A stretch of DNA of 48,888 nt from an uncultured Candidatus Saccharibacteria bacterium (GTDB taxonomy: Bacteria; Patescibacteriota; Minisyncoccia; Phycocordibacterales; SBAW01). The translations under genes and the position numbers were made by a program. Each line of letters starts with the position of its first letter. Position 1 is the first letter of the stretch. Location of the stretch: the NCBI GenBank assembly GCA_964650645.1, contig CAZYUH010000001.1, positions 705,202-754,089 of the forward strand, written 5' to 3'. The notes below the pieces were generated by a model. The model searched no databases. It saw only the letters and a program-made list of their open reading frames with translations, and had not been told where the DNA came from. Of the stretch, positions 9,701-18,859 are shown piece after piece.

Positions 9701-10753
9701 TTAAGCCGCGGCGCCCTCTTCCTCGCCTTCGCTCATGGCGAGCTTGCCGTATATGGCCTCGTAGCCGTCGGTCATGCGCCCCACGTTGAAGTGCTCGAGC
9801 ACGTGGGCGCGGCACGCGGCGCGGCTTATCGCGTCTATGTTGTGCATCGCGTCTATCATGCCCTCGACGTCCTCGACCACGTAGCCCGTGACGCCGGTCT
9901 TTATAATCTCGGGTATGGCGCCGCGGTTGAATGCGATGACCGGGCAGCCGCACGCGCCCGCCTCGATGAGCGTCAGGCCGAACGGCTCGCGGAACACCAC
10001 CGGGTGCAGGAAGGCACGCGCGCGGCTCATGAGCCGGTTGCGCTCCTCCTCGTCCACCTCGCCGACCCACTTGATGCGGTCGGAGAGGCGCGGCTCGATG
10101 TACTGCTTGAAGTACGGCAGGTCGTACGGCTCGACCTTTGCTGCCAGGATGAGCCTCTTGTCGAGCACCTGGGCGACGTCTATGGCGAAATGCACGCCCT
10201 TGTCGGCGCTGATGCGCCCGACGTACAGGAGGTAGCCGTCGTGCTCCTCGGAGAACGGGTAGTCCTCCATGGCAAGGCCGTGGTGCACCGTGCCCGCATG
10301 GTTGATGTTGGGCAGGGGGTAGAGCTGGGCCTGGGAGATGGTCACGATGTTGGGCGTGCGCAGCATCTCGAAGAGCTTGCGATTCTGCGCCGAGAAGGGC
10401 CCGTGCATGGTCGAGACGACCGGCGTCGTGGCGAGGTTCGCTATCGGCATCGAGACGGGCGCCATATGGTCGTGGATGACGTCGAACTCGTCCTGGAACT
10501 CGTACGCGAGCCCCATGTGGAGCATCGTGAGGTCGTTAGTGCCGTATATGTCCTTTATCTTCGCCTCGCGCAGGGCGCGCGGGTAGACGCTCTCGAGCCG
10601 CGCGGAGGTCTCCGAGTCGCCCGAGGCGAACAGGGTCACGTCGTGGCCGCGCCGCACCAGCTCTTCGGTAAGGGCGTGCACGACGCGCTCGGTGCCGCCG
10701 TACTTCTTCGGCGGCACGCGCTCTGCCATGGGGGCTATTTGCGCAATTTTCAT
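9701..10753 (-). CDS. Glycosyltransferase family 4 (GT-B)
   Basis: VPPKKYGGTERVV, GHDVTLFASGDS, GRISADKG, EPFGLTLIEAGACGCPVIAF. Confidence 0.9.
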   Translation of the reverse strand: MKIAQIAPMAERVPPKKYGGTERVVHALTEELVRRGHDVTLFASGDSETSARLESVYPRALREAKIKDIYGTNDLTMLHMGLAYEFQDEFDVIHDHMAPVSMPIANLATTPVVSTMHGPFSAQNRKLFEMLRTPNIVTISQAQLYPLPNINHAGTVHHGLAMEDYPFSEEHDGYLLYVGRISADKGVHFAIDVAQVLDKRLILAAKVEPYDLPYFKQYIEPRLSDRIKWVGEVDEEERNRLMSRARAFLHPVVFREPFGLTLIEAGACGCPVIAFNRGAIPEIIKTGVTGYVVEDVEGMIDAMHNIDAISRAACRAHVLEHFNVGRMTDGYEAIYGKLAMSEGEEEGAAA

Positions 10754-10812
10754 AGTTTTATTCTTAGCAACGCATAAAGCCGCCCCTTCCTTTAAAAGAG
10801 ACGGCGCCGCGC

Positions 10813-11235
10813 TTAGATCTTCTTGAGCTCCACGAACGAGGTGCGGCTGACGCCCGAATCGTCCTTATGCACGACACCCTGCTTGAGCACGAGCCTGCCG
10901 CCCTCGCTGAAGACGCCTATCTCCTGGCCGTCGCCGCTCTTCGTGCAGATGACGCCCGAGACTTCGCCCGGCAGGAGCTCGGCGATATCGCCGTCAATGA
11001 GGTTGCAGGAGCCCGCGTAGGTGCCTATAGGAACCGCCACGCCGGCGACCACGAGCGCCACCTCGTTCTGGGGCGTCGTGGTGGCCATCGCCTCGGTCAT
11101 GTCGGTTATCTTCCACTGGAGCTGGTCGACCACGACCGGGTCGACCTTCGCTGAGCCCAGGTGCCTGACCAGCGCCCACGCGGCAAGGGCCAGCACGAGC
11201 AAAGCGGCTATGATGAGTATTCGCTTCTTTTCCAT
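10813..11235 (-). CDS. Hypothetical protein with N-terminal membrane anchor
   Basis: Basic N-terminus plus TM helix, two Cys; fills the gap between neighbours. Confidence 0.55.
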   Translation of the reverse strand: MEKKRILIIAALLVLALAAWALVRHLGSAKVDPVVVDQLQWKITDMTEAMATTTPQNEVALVVAGVAVPIGTYAGSCNLIDGDIAELLPGEVSGVICTKSGDGQEIGVFSEGGRLVLKQGVVHKDDSGVSRTSFVELKKI

Positions 11236-11330
11236 AATTTCGTGTAGGGGGCTAAGGGGATAAAGGGCCGCGTCTTGTCCCGCGTGAGGGCCGGAGGCAC
11301 AGTCCCGCTCACCTGGTGTAGTATAGCAAA

Positions 11331-12011
11331 ATGCGCATAAATAAGTACCTGGCAGACGCCGGACTGTGCACGCGCAGGGAGGCGGATAGCTATATAGCGC
11401 AAGGCCTGGTGCTCGTAAACGGCAAGCGGGCCCTGCTCGGAAGCCAGGTTCATGAAGGCGACAGGATAGAAACGCGCTTCCCGGCGCGCCGGTACCGCTA
11501 CTTCGCGTACTACAAGCCCGCGGGCGTGGTCACCCATTCCCCCGCTGAAGGGCAGAAAGGCATCAAGGACATCGCCGGCATAGGGGGTGTCGCGCCCATG
11601 GGCCGCCTGGACCGCGCGTCGCACGGACTCATCATACTGACCGACGACGGCCGCGTGACGGAAAAGCTCCTGGGGCCCGAAGCCGGCCGCGAGAAAGAAT
11701 ACGTAGTCGTGACAAAGGAGCATCTGCCGCCGAGCTTCAAGGCGCGCATGGAAAAGGGCGTGGACATAGAAGGCTACCGCACGAAGCCGGCGAAAGTGCG
11801 CCTGCTCGGCGATTCGAAATTCTCGATAATCCTCACCGAAGGCAAGAAGCACCAGATACGCCGCATGTGCGCGGCGTGGGGCTATACCGTGGCAGACCTC
11901 AAGCGCATCCGCGTCATGAACATCCGCCTGGGGACGCTCAAGCCCGGGCAGTACCGGGTCATACAAGGAGCCGAGCTCAAGGAGTTCCTGCGCGGGCTCG
12001 GGCTTTCGTAA
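11331..12011 (+). CDS. RsuA/RluB/E/F-family pseudouridine synthase
   Basis: S4 domain (MRINKYLADAGLCTRREAD), catalytic GRLD, GLIILTDDG, LTEGKKHQIRRM. Confidence 0.9.
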   Translation: MRINKYLADAGLCTRREADSYIAQGLVLVNGKRALLGSQVHEGDRIETRFPARRYRYFAYYKPAGVVTHSPAEGQKGIKDIAGIGGVAPMGRLDRASHGLIILTDDGRVTEKLLGPEAGREKEYVVVTKEHLPPSFKARMEKGVDIEGYRTKPAKVRLLGDSKFSIILTEGKKHQIRRMCAAWGYTVADLKRIRVMNIRLGTLKPGQYRVIQGAELKEFLRGLGLS

Positions 12012-12020
12012 CGCGCGCTA

Positions 12021-12048
12021 AAAACGCCAGCCCGAAGGCTGGCGTTTT
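12021..12048. terminator. Bidirectional intrinsic terminator
   Basis: AAAACGCCAGCC-CGAA-GGCTGGCGTTTT, perfect 12-bp stem between convergent stops at 12011 and 12051. Confidence 0.75.
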
Positions 12049-12050
12049 CA

Positions 12051-12176
12051 TTAGGCTGCCGCCTCCTGGGAAGGCTCTGCAGGCTGCGCTGCGGGCTCGG
12101 CTGCGGGCTCTGCCGCAGGGGTCTCGACGACCGGCTCCACTGCAGGCACCTCTGCCGGATTGTTCATGTCATCCAT
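12051..12176 (-). CDS. Small acidic Ala/Pro/Glu-rich protein (41 aa)
   Basis: MDDMNNPAEVPAVEPVVETPAAEPAAEPAAQPAEPSQEAAA; stop directly abuts the terminator; TAGCAT 9 nt upstream. Confidence 0.55.
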   Translation of the reverse strand: MDDMNNPAEVPAVEPVVETPAAEPAAEPAAQPAEPSQEAAA

Positions 12177-12308
12177 GGTGTGCATATGCTAGCGGATAAA
12201 AGGGCACGTTTCCACCATACCACGGCGGAATGCGGAGCGGAACCGCAAAGGAAAGCGCCGCCCCTCCCGGGGCGGCACTTCTCCAGAGCCCGTCGCCTGG
12301 CGGCGCGC

Positions 12309-12506
12309 TTACGCGCGCTGCACGTTGACGGCGTTGAGGCCCTTGGGGCCTTCAGCTACCTCGAAGGTGACCGTGTCGCCCTGGCGGAGGTCATCGAACA
12401 TCACGCCGTTGAGGTCCTTGGAGTGGAAGAAGAGATCCTTCGCCTCCCCCTCGCGGGAGATGAATCCGAATCCGCGGTCCGTCAAAGTCTTTATGGTTCC
12501 AGTCAT
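12309..12506 (-). CDS. Cold-shock domain protein
   Basis: RNP1 RGFGFI, RNP2 LFFH, GPKGLNAVNV. Has a leader (TGG-TATGCT at 12569-12574) and a downstream GC hairpin at 12257-12276. Confidence 0.95.
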   Translation of the reverse strand: MTGTIKTLTDRGFGFISREGEAKDLFFHSKDLNGVMFDDLRQGDTVTFEVAEGPKGLNAVNVQRA

Positions 12507-12579
12507 TGGTTTTGTTTTGCTACTGCTCGAAACTCCGACCCTCGTTTCTTAGTCTTTTAGACCCCCCCAGCATACCACA

Positions 12580-13203
12580 CTATTGCGCGACAGTCCCGTC
12601 CCCCATGAATTCGGGCAGCCTGTGCACAACCACGTCCCAGACCGCCTTCACGCGGGCCAGCGATTCGCGCACCTCGTTGCGCGCCAGGAGGTGCACGTTG
12701 TCCGCGCGGTACCCCACCGCATCTATGCCCGCCGCGCGGGCGATGAAGAGCGAGCGCGGCAAATGGAAGGTCTGCGTCGCCACGACGGCCGAGCTGACGC
12801 CGAAGACCGTGCGCGCCCGGTACATCGTGCTGTACGTGTCGAACCCGGCATGGTCGAGGTAAATATCGCCCTCCGGAATGCCCAGGCTCTCCAGGTACCT
12901 GCGCGCGGGCTCCACCTCGTCGTGATCGGCCGAGCCGTTGCCCGACACCAGTATCCGCTTCACAGTACCCGCCTCGTACAGCTTTGCGGCCGCATCGGCG
13001 CGGTCCTTGAACACGGCCGACAGCGCGCCCGAGCGCAGGACCGCGGCGGCGGGCACTATGGCGGCGTCGCGCGCCGGCACGTCGCCGGCACTCGCGTACA
13101 TCCGCTTCTGCTCGAGGCCGACCATGAGCGCGTTGAGCGCCACGAAGAAGGCGACGCATGCGAGCGCGGCAATCACGCCCCATTGGAAAATCCGTTTAAC
13201 CAT
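12580..13203 (-). CDS. SanA/YdcF (DUF218) family protein
   Basis: AAIVPAAAV, ILVSGN, IYLDHAGFDTYSTMYRA, VATQTFHLPRSLFIA, REVLAR-like ending. Confidence 0.85.
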   Translation of the reverse strand: MVKRIFQWGVIAALACVAFFVALNALMVGLEQKRMYASAGDVPARDAAIVPAAAVLRSGALSAVFKDRADAAAKLYEAGTVKRILVSGNGSADHDEVEPARRYLESLGIPEGDIYLDHAGFDTYSTMYRARTVFGVSSAVVATQTFHLPRSLFIARAAGIDAVGYRADNVHLLARNEVRESLARVKAVWDVVVHRLPEFMGDGTVAQ

Positions 13204-13212
13204 TCCTATTGA

Positions 13213-13722
13213 TTATGCCTGATCGTACGCCGCCTGCAGTGCCGCGATGTCCATCTTCTTCATCGGCATGAACGCCTTTACGACCGCCCGCACCTTGGCG
13301 GGGTTCGGGTCGCTCATGAGCCTGCCCATGAGCTCGTTCGGCGCCACCTGCCAGGAAAGCCCGTACGTGTCCTTGAGCCAGCCGCACTGCTCGCTTTCCG
13401 GATGCGCCGAGAGCTTCTCCCAGAAGTAATCTATCTCCTCCTGCGTGCCGCACTCGATGAGGAGCGACACGGCCTCGTTGAATTTGAACACCGGCCCGCC
13501 GTCGAGCGCCATGAACCGCTGCCCGGCAAGCTCGAACACGCCGGTGAGCACCTTGCCGTCCATGCCGGCCATGGGGCCTTCCCCGCCCTCGGGATAGCGC
13601 GTTATGCTCACTATTTTCGACTCCTCGCGCGCGCCGGGAGCGCCGTTGAATACGCCGACGTAGGCCTGCATGGCCTCTTCAGCCTCTGTGTTAAACCACA
13701 GGTGCGGGGTTATCTTTTGCAT
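13213..13722 (-). CDS. VOC family protein (PhnB / 3-demethylubiquinone-9 3-methyltransferase-like)
   Basis: MQKITPHLWF, FMALDGGP.FKFNEAVS, QCGWLKDTYGLSWQV; TGC-TATACT 7 nt upstream. Confidence 0.9.
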   Translation of the reverse strand: MQKITPHLWFNTEAEEAMQAYVGVFNGAPGAREESKIVSITRYPEGGEGPMAGMDGKVLTGVFELAGQRFMALDGGPVFKFNEAVSLLIECGTQEEIDYFWEKLSAHPESEQCGWLKDTYGLSWQVAPNELMGRLMSDPNPAKVRAVVKAFMPMKKMDIAALQAAYDQA

Positions 13723-13818
13723 AGCGTTAAGTATAGCAAAAGCCCGGATGCGCCCGCTTCCTGCCGCGCTCATGAATTTCTTGGACAAACGCGCTCACCC
13801 TGCCTACACTTAAGCCCG

Positions 13819-14535
13819 ATGCAAAGAATACTCGCATTCGCGGCCGTTAGCGCGCTCGCGTCCCTGCCTGTCATCGCCGGCCTGCGCCCGCAAGCGGGCG
13901 CCCAGGCGCCCTTCATGCCGGTTCCTGCGGCGCGCGCCGCGCCCCGCTCCTTCCCCGAAGCGCCGGCTGCGCCCGCTTCCGCGGAATCCGCGGCGGCTAA
14001 AACCGTCTCCGCACCCCCCTCTCCGGCAAAAGCCGCGGCGACGCAGGCAGCCCCGCTGGCCGCCGCGGCGCCGGCCGGCGCGCCTCCTCCCAATAAGCCG
14101 GATGCGCGGGCTCCCGCGCGCCTCTCCATCCCTTCCATCGCGCTCGACAGCCGCGTAGTGCCCGTGGGAGTCGACAGCTTGGGCGACATGGACGTGCCTT
14201 CCGGCTCGACAAGCGACGTGGGCTGGTACGCCGGCGGCACCGTGCCCGGCGACGCGGGGAGCGCCGTCATGGACGCGCATGTCTTCGCGGCGTTCGCGCG
14301 GCTTAGCGAGGTGAAGGAGGGCGACAGCATCTACGTGCGCATGGCGGACGGTACGGCAAAGCGGTTCGTCGTGACGCGCGCGCAGGTCTATAAAACGGGC
14401 GAACTGGCGCCTGAGGAGCTGTTCAGCCGCGCCGGCGGCCGGTTCCTGCACCTCATAACCTGCGCCGGCGAGCCCACCCCCGACCGCGCGAGCTACACGC
14501 ACCGCCTGGTGGTATATGCGGCGCTCGCCGGATGA
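13819..14535 (+). CDS. Class F sortase
   Basis: RLSIPSIALD, VGWYAGGTVPGDAGSAVMDAH (His), LHLITC (Cys), HRLVVYA (Arg); Ala/Pro linker after signal; TACACT 8 nt upstream of ATG. Confidence 0.85.
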   Translation: MQRILAFAAVSALASLPVIAGLRPQAGAQAPFMPVPAARAAPRSFPEAPAAPASAESAAAKTVSAPPSPAKAAATQAAPLAAAAPAGAPPPNKPDARAPARLSIPSIALDSRVVPVGVDSLGDMDVPSGSTSDVGWYAGGTVPGDAGSAVMDAHVFAAFARLSEVKEGDSIYVRMADGTAKRFVVTRAQVYKTGELAPEELFSRAGGRFLHLITCAGEPTPDRASYTHRLVVYAALAG

Positions 14536-14979
14536 TCAGGCATGATGGTACTTGCCGCCGCTTAACAGCGAGTGCGCGCGGTAGAGCTGCTCGGCCAGTA
14601 TGAGCCGCGCGAGCATGTGCGGGAACACGAGCGAGGAGAGCCTGAGGACGAGGTCGGCGCGCTCCCTCACCTCGTCGCTCGCGCCGAATGCTCCCCCGAT
14701 GACGAATACGAGGCGCTTCGTCCCTTCCCGCTGGCGCGTTTCCAAAAGCCGCGCCACGCCGGGAGTGTCTATATCGCGCCCGCGCTCGTCGAGCAGGACC
14801 ACGCAGTCGCCCTCTTTCACGAGCTTCAGTATGGCAGCGCCCTCTGCGTCCTTGGTCCCGGCCCTGGGGTGCGCCCACTCAAGCGGCATCGCCCGCGACA
14901 GCCGCTTCCCGTATTCGGCAATGCCCGCGCTTACCGTCTCGTCATGCGCTTTCCCGGGCGAGATGATGAAAATCTTCAC
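14536..14979 (-). CDS. rlmH: 23S rRNA m3Psi1915 methyltransferase RlmH
   Basis: GTG start VKIFIISPGK; VVLLDERG, FVIGGAFG, LSSLVFPHMLARLILAEQLYRA, YHH. Confidence 0.92.
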   Translation of the reverse strand: MKIFIISPGKAHDETVSAGIAEYGKRLSRAMPLEWAHPRAGTKDAEGAAILKLVKEGDCVVLLDERGRDIDTPGVARLLETRQREGTKRLVFVIGGAFGASDEVRERADLVLRLSSLVFPHMLARLILAEQLYRAHSLLSGGKYHHA

Positions 14980-15347
14980 AGGGGGGCGCGCCCGTCCTGC
15001 GGCTTTTCCATGGCGCCGTTCTCTATGCGCGACAGGGCGTCCGGCGTCGCGGGCTCCTTGCGCGCGAAATGGGTCAGCTCCTTCTGCTTCCTCAGCTCCT
15101 CCTGAAGGCGCGCATTCTCCCTTATGAGCGCGCGGTGCCTGAAGTAGCCGCGTACGCTCCCCGGCAGCAGCATGAGGAAGGCGATAATCGCGCCCGTAAG
15201 CGTCGCCATCATGAGCACGAGCGACAGCGAGCCTTCGAGCCGCCACGAAAAGAACGATACCGCGACTATCTCTATGTTCTGCAAGGAGAACACGACCGTC
15301 AGGCCGCCGAGGACCACGCCGAGCGCGAAAAGGATGAATACGAGCAT
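14976..15347 (-). CDS. LapA/DUF1049-family small membrane protein
   Basis: VFSLQNIEIVAVSFFSW motif, two TM helices and a coiled tail; TATACT 6 nt upstream. Confidence 0.75.
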   Translation of the reverse strand: MLVFILFALGVVLGGLTVVFSLQNIEIVAVSFFSWRLEGSLSLVLMMATLTGAIIAFLMLLPGSVRGYFRHRALIRENARLQEELRKQKELTHFARKEPATPDALSRIENGAMEKPQDGRAPL

Positions 15348-15361
15348 GCGCAAAGTATACA

Positions 15362-15616
15362 CTACCGCCGCCCAGGCGCCGCCCCGGCAAGCGCGAGCTT
15401 CTGCGCCCTCGTGAGGCGCTTGATGTGCGCCTCGCGCCTGAGCGCTGACGGGCGGTCGGGGTGGCGCTCGCTATACAGCATCTTCCTGGCGCCGCGCGCC
15501 CGCGTGTACCGGCTTCCCGCGCCTTCTTTGTGCTCCTTAAGCCGCCGCGCGAGGTCGGTTGTGATGCCGGTATAGACCGAGCCGTCGCCGCACTGGAGCA
15601 GGTATACGAAATACAC
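15362..15616 (-). CDS. GIY-YIG nuclease family protein (UPF0213-like)
   Basis: YFVYLLQCGDGSVYTGITTDLARRLKEH, GSRYTRAR, ALRREAHIK; GTG start. Confidence 0.88.
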   Translation of the reverse strand: MYFVYLLQCGDGSVYTGITTDLARRLKEHKEGAGSRYTRARGARKMLYSERHPDRPSALRREAHIKRLTRAQKLALAGAAPGRR

Positions 15617-15641
15617 GATACGGCCGATTATACCAGCGCGG

Positions 15642-15950
15642 CTAGCTGCCCCAGTTCGTGAACACTCCCACCGCAAGCTCGGCCCACAGCCACAGGAACA
15701 GGAACAGGAATACGAGCGCCGCGCAGCCAAGCACGCGGTACCGGCCCGCCTTCCTCCAGATAAGGTCGAGCGCCACGCCGACGCCGAACAAGAGCGCGCC
15801 CATGACGGCGAAGTCGCCCGGCATCCAGTCGAAGCCGCCTCCCCCGCCGCCGCTCAGGTGCGCGGCGGGGTTCATGAGCGTAAGCGCCAGCGGCGCGAGC
15901 AGGAGCGCCAGCGTGCCGAGCCCAATGCATGAAATGCGCCTCAGTTCCAT
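15642..15950 (-). CDS. Hypothetical membrane protein
   Basis: Three hydrophobic helices, FDWMPGDF and WAELAVGVF motifs. Confidence 0.6.
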   Translation of the reverse strand: MELRRISCIGLGTLALLLAPLALTLMNPAAHLSGGGGGGFDWMPGDFAVMGALLFGVGVALDLIWRKAGRYRVLGCAALVFLFLFLWLWAELAVGVFTNWGS

Positions 15951-15980
15951 GCCGCTTATAACCGCGCAAGCAAGCGGAAG

Positions 15981-16280
15981 TTACCGGCCTTTGCCGAGCG
16001 CCCATTTAACCGAGGCGCTCATGGGCTTGTCCGCGCGGTGGATGCACCCTATCCAGCAGCAGGGGCGGCGCATGCCGCCTTTCATTTTCGACACCGCTTT
16101 TTGGATTCTCGCGCCGCGCGTCTCGGCCTTTTTGCCGGACGTGACCCAGCATATCCACTCGTTGCGCGCCAGGGGCGTAATGTCCTGCCACAGGCTAGCG
16201 ACCGCCTTATTCGACGCGATAGCCTCTTTGAGGTCTTTCGGCAGCGGGTGCACGGTGCCGCCGGCAATGCTCGCACTCAT
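15981..16280 (-). CDS. YdeI/OmpD-associated family protein
   Basis: LPKDLKEAI, WQDITPLARNEWICWVTSGKKAETR; TGG-TACTAT 6 nt upstream. Confidence 0.8.
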   Translation of the reverse strand: MSASIAGGTVHPLPKDLKEAIASNKAVASLWQDITPLARNEWICWVTSGKKAETRGARIQKAVSKMKGGMRRPCCWIGCIHRADKPMSASVKWALGKGR

Positions 16281-16299
16281 GCGCTTATAGTACCAAACC

Positions 16300-16653
16300 T
16301 TACCGCTTGAGGAACCGCATGAGCGTCGGCACATGGGAATGTTCCACGTCCTTTGCCGCCGTCACGAGCGTCACCCGCCCCTTGCCCTTCAACTCCTTCC
16401 TTGCCTCCCTGAGCGCCGCCGAGCCCTTGAGCTCGGCCGCGTACTTTTTTGAGAATTCCCTGAACCGGGCCTCTTTATCCGCATGGAACCAGGTTCTCAG
16501 CGCCGCCGAGGGTGCCGCCTCTTTCGCCCACGAATCTATCTTTGCCGACTGCTTGGACACGCCGCGCGGCCACAGCCGGTCGACGAGCACGCGGTGCCCG
16601 TCCACCTTCGCCGCCTTTTCGTATGCCCGCTTAACCTCGATGCGCATAGCCAT
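16300..16653 (-). CDS. DUF488 (YeaO-like) family protein
   Basis: IEVKRAYE, DGHRVLVDRLWPRGVSK, APSAALRTWF, F.EF.KKY, VTLVTAAKD. Confidence 0.88.
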   Translation of the reverse strand: MAMRIEVKRAYEKAAKVDGHRVLVDRLWPRGVSKQSAKIDSWAKEAAPSAALRTWFHADKEARFREFSKKYAAELKGSAALREARKELKGKGRVTLVTAAKDVEHSHVPTLMRFLKR

Positions 16654-16670
16654 ATGCCAAAGTATAGCGC

Positions 16671-16967
16671 TTAGCGGCGGGTCTTTATAACGAGCCCCAC
16701 CGCCGCGAGCGTCACCGCGGCAATGGACAGCGCCATCGCCCACGCGCCCTCAGAAGCGTCGCGCGGAGTATCCGAGGGCGCGGGCGCCTCGGGGAGTCCG
16801 GCGCTCGCGCTCGTGCCCGTACTCATGCTCGTACTCGCATTCGGCAATTCGACCTCTGCGCGCGCCCAGGCGCCAGGCGCCAGGACGGATAAGGAGAGAG
16901 CGAAAAGGGCAACGGATGCTTTCGTTGCGGCCAGGCCTCCCGTCTTATCGCGCATATGCTCGCCCAT
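16671..16967 (-). CDS. Small exported protein with C-terminal TM and basic tail
   Basis: Signal-like N-terminus, Ser/Thr/Pro linker, TM then KTRR; TATACT 6 nt upstream. Confidence 0.5.
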   Translation of the reverse strand: MGEHMRDKTGGLAATKASVALFALSLSVLAPGAWARAEVELPNASTSMSTGTSASAGLPEAPAPSDTPRDASEGAWAMALSIAAVTLAAVGLVIKTRR

Positions 16968-17001
16968 GGGTACAGTATAGCCAATCGCGCCGGCCCCGCG
17001 C

Positions 17002-17352
17002 CTACTTGCGCAGTATCGCTTCCATCGCCTTGCCGCGGGCAAGCTCGTCTACCAGCTTATCCAGGTAGCGTATCTCGCGCATGACAGGGTCTTTAATCTC
17101 CTCGACCCGCACGCCGCACACCGCTCCCTTGATGAGCGCCCGCGACGGGTTCGGCTTGGGAGCGTCGTTAAAGAACGTCTCCATGTCCGTCCCCTTTTCT
17201 AGCTGCGCCTCGAGCGCTTTCGGCGCGTATCCGGTCAGCCAGCGGATAATCTCATCAACTTCCGCCTTCGCGCGTCCTTTCTTCTGCGCCTTGGCGACGT
17301 ACAGCGGATAGACGCTCGCGAAGCTCATCGTGTATATCCTGTGCTTTGCCAT
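17002..17352 (-). CDS. DUF2200 family protein
   Basis: [50 protein letters not shown]. Confidence 0.88.
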   Translation of the reverse strand: MAKHRIYTMSFASVYPLYVAKAQKKGRAKAEVDEIIRWLTGYAPKALEAQLEKGTDMETFFNDAPKPNPSRALIKGAVCGVRVEEIKDPVMREIRYLDKLVDELARGKAMEAILRK

Positions 17353-17370
17353 AAATACTGGTCGGCCGGC

Positions 17371-18264
17371 TCACGCCTCTTTTAGCTTGGAAGGGCGCTC
17401 CTTCTTGCCCGGCGCCTCGGCGGCGTGCACGACCCTCTGCGGGAGCGGGATAGCGATGCCCTCCCTGTCGAACGCCATCTTTATCCGCTTCCTGAGCTCG
17501 CCGGCCACGTCCCACTGCTTTATAGGGGCCGTATCGCCGAGGATCTTTATCATCACCGCGGAATCCGCGAACTCGTTCACGCGCAGGAACGCCGGCGGCG
17601 TCAGCACGTGCTCCTTCCATTCCGGGTCCTGCGCAAGCTCCTCGCCGACGCGGTTCACCACTTGTATGACATGCTCAAGGTCCGCCGAGTACGGCACGCC
17701 AACGTTGATGTTCACGCGCGAGAAATCCTTCGACAGGTTCGAGACCGTCTTTATCTCGCCGTGCGGGACGTGGTGCACCGTGCCGTCGAGGTCCCTCAAG
17801 GTGGTCATCCTGAGCGTTATGCGCTCGACGAGGCCGCATGTAGCGCCGAAGCACACCACGTCTCCCGCGCGGTACTGGTTCTCGAGTATGACGAACGCGC
17901 CCGAGATGAGGTCGCGTATGAGGTACTGCCCGCCGAAGCCCACGGCGATACCCGCGACGCCCGCCGCCGCGAGCACGGGGCCTATGGCGACCCCGAATTC
18001 CGAGAGCAGCATCATGCCCGCGACGAGCCACACGAGTATCGATACCGCGCCGACGATGACCTGGATGAGCGTATCCTCGCGCTTCTCTTCCGAGAGCTTC
18101 GAGCTGCTTCCCTGGCGCACCAGGCGGCGCACGGCGCGCCCGATGAGCCTGCGCGACAGCAGCTGCGCGAGAACCGCCCCTATGATAATGGCGACAATGC
18201 GCACGAGGTGCTCGCTCGCGAAGACGCGGGCCGATTCATAGAATTGCGGAAAGAATGCCTCCAT
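17371..18264 (-). CDS. mscS: Small-conductance mechanosensitive channel (MscS family)
   Basis: AGVAGIAVGFGGQ.LIRDLISG, ENQYRAGDVV, GLVERITLRMT.LRDLDG, AFDREGIAIP. Confidence 0.9.
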   Translation of the reverse strand: MEAFFPQFYESARVFASEHLVRIVAIIIGAVLAQLLSRRLIGRAVRRLVRQGSSSKLSEEKREDTLIQVIVGAVSILVWLVAGMMLLSEFGVAIGPVLAAAGVAGIAVGFGGQYLIRDLISGAFVILENQYRAGDVVCFGATCGLVERITLRMTTLRDLDGTVHHVPHGEIKTVSNLSKDFSRVNINVGVPYSADLEHVIQVVNRVGEELAQDPEWKEHVLTPPAFLRVNEFADSAVMIKILGDTAPIKQWDVAGELRKRIKMAFDREGIAIPLPQRVVHAAEAPGKKERPSKLKEA

Positions 18265-18330
18265 CTATCCACCATACCCCGCACGGCACTGAAGGCAACC
18301 CCGTTATGCCCGTTTTGCCGCCGAGTTCCC

Positions 18331-18621
18331 TTATTCACCCTCTTTATCCTTAGGAGGCCCCCATTGCCAGCGGGGCTTCTCGCCCTTCGCGTACCCGAAG
18401 CCAAGCAGGAGCGCGCACGCGAGAAGGATGCCGAGCAGGGCCGCGCCGGGCGCGTCGTCAGCCTGCCCTATAGTGAAGCCCGCGGCGATGAGCGCGACCG
18501 CGGCGCCAACGACCAGCCACCCCTGCCATTTCACCGGAACCCAGCCCCAGCCGTACAGCTTGGCTTTGAACCAGCGGCCCTCGGGATTGTCTTTCAGATA
18601 TTGCATACAGCTTCTCATCAT
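18331..18621 (-). CDS. Small Trp-rich membrane protein
   Basis: WFKAKLYGWGWVPVKWQGW, two TM helices, GEKPRWQWG; ATGA overlap with the upstream gene. Confidence 0.65.
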   Translation of the reverse strand: MMRSCMQYLKDNPEGRWFKAKLYGWGWVPVKWQGWLVVGAAVALIAAGFTIGQADDAPGAALLGILLACALLLGFGYAKGEKPRWQWGPPKDKEGE

Positions 18622-18809
18622 TTCCTTATGGTAGCGGAAAAGGCGCGGCAAGCGAGCGCATAGGCCGCCCACGATACGGCGAATATGACCGCCGCCCATG
18701 CGACGACTATCAAAAGATTGGGGCCCTCCGGGTCGTTAACGAGCATGAACGACGCCCTTGAGGCGATAAGCGACAGGACGCCCAGGACGATGAGCGGTAT
18801 CTTTTTCAT
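18618..18809 (-). CDS. Small membrane protein
   Basis: Two TM helices around DPEGPNLL; coupled to the next gene by ATGA. Confidence 0.55.
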   Translation of the reverse strand: MKKIPLIVLGVLSLIASRASFMLVNDPEGPNLLIVVAWAAVIFAVSWAAYALACRAFSATIRK

Positions 18810-18859
18810 GGCGCTTATAAAACCCGCCGCCGCCCTTTGAAGTTCCAGCCGGCGCGGCG

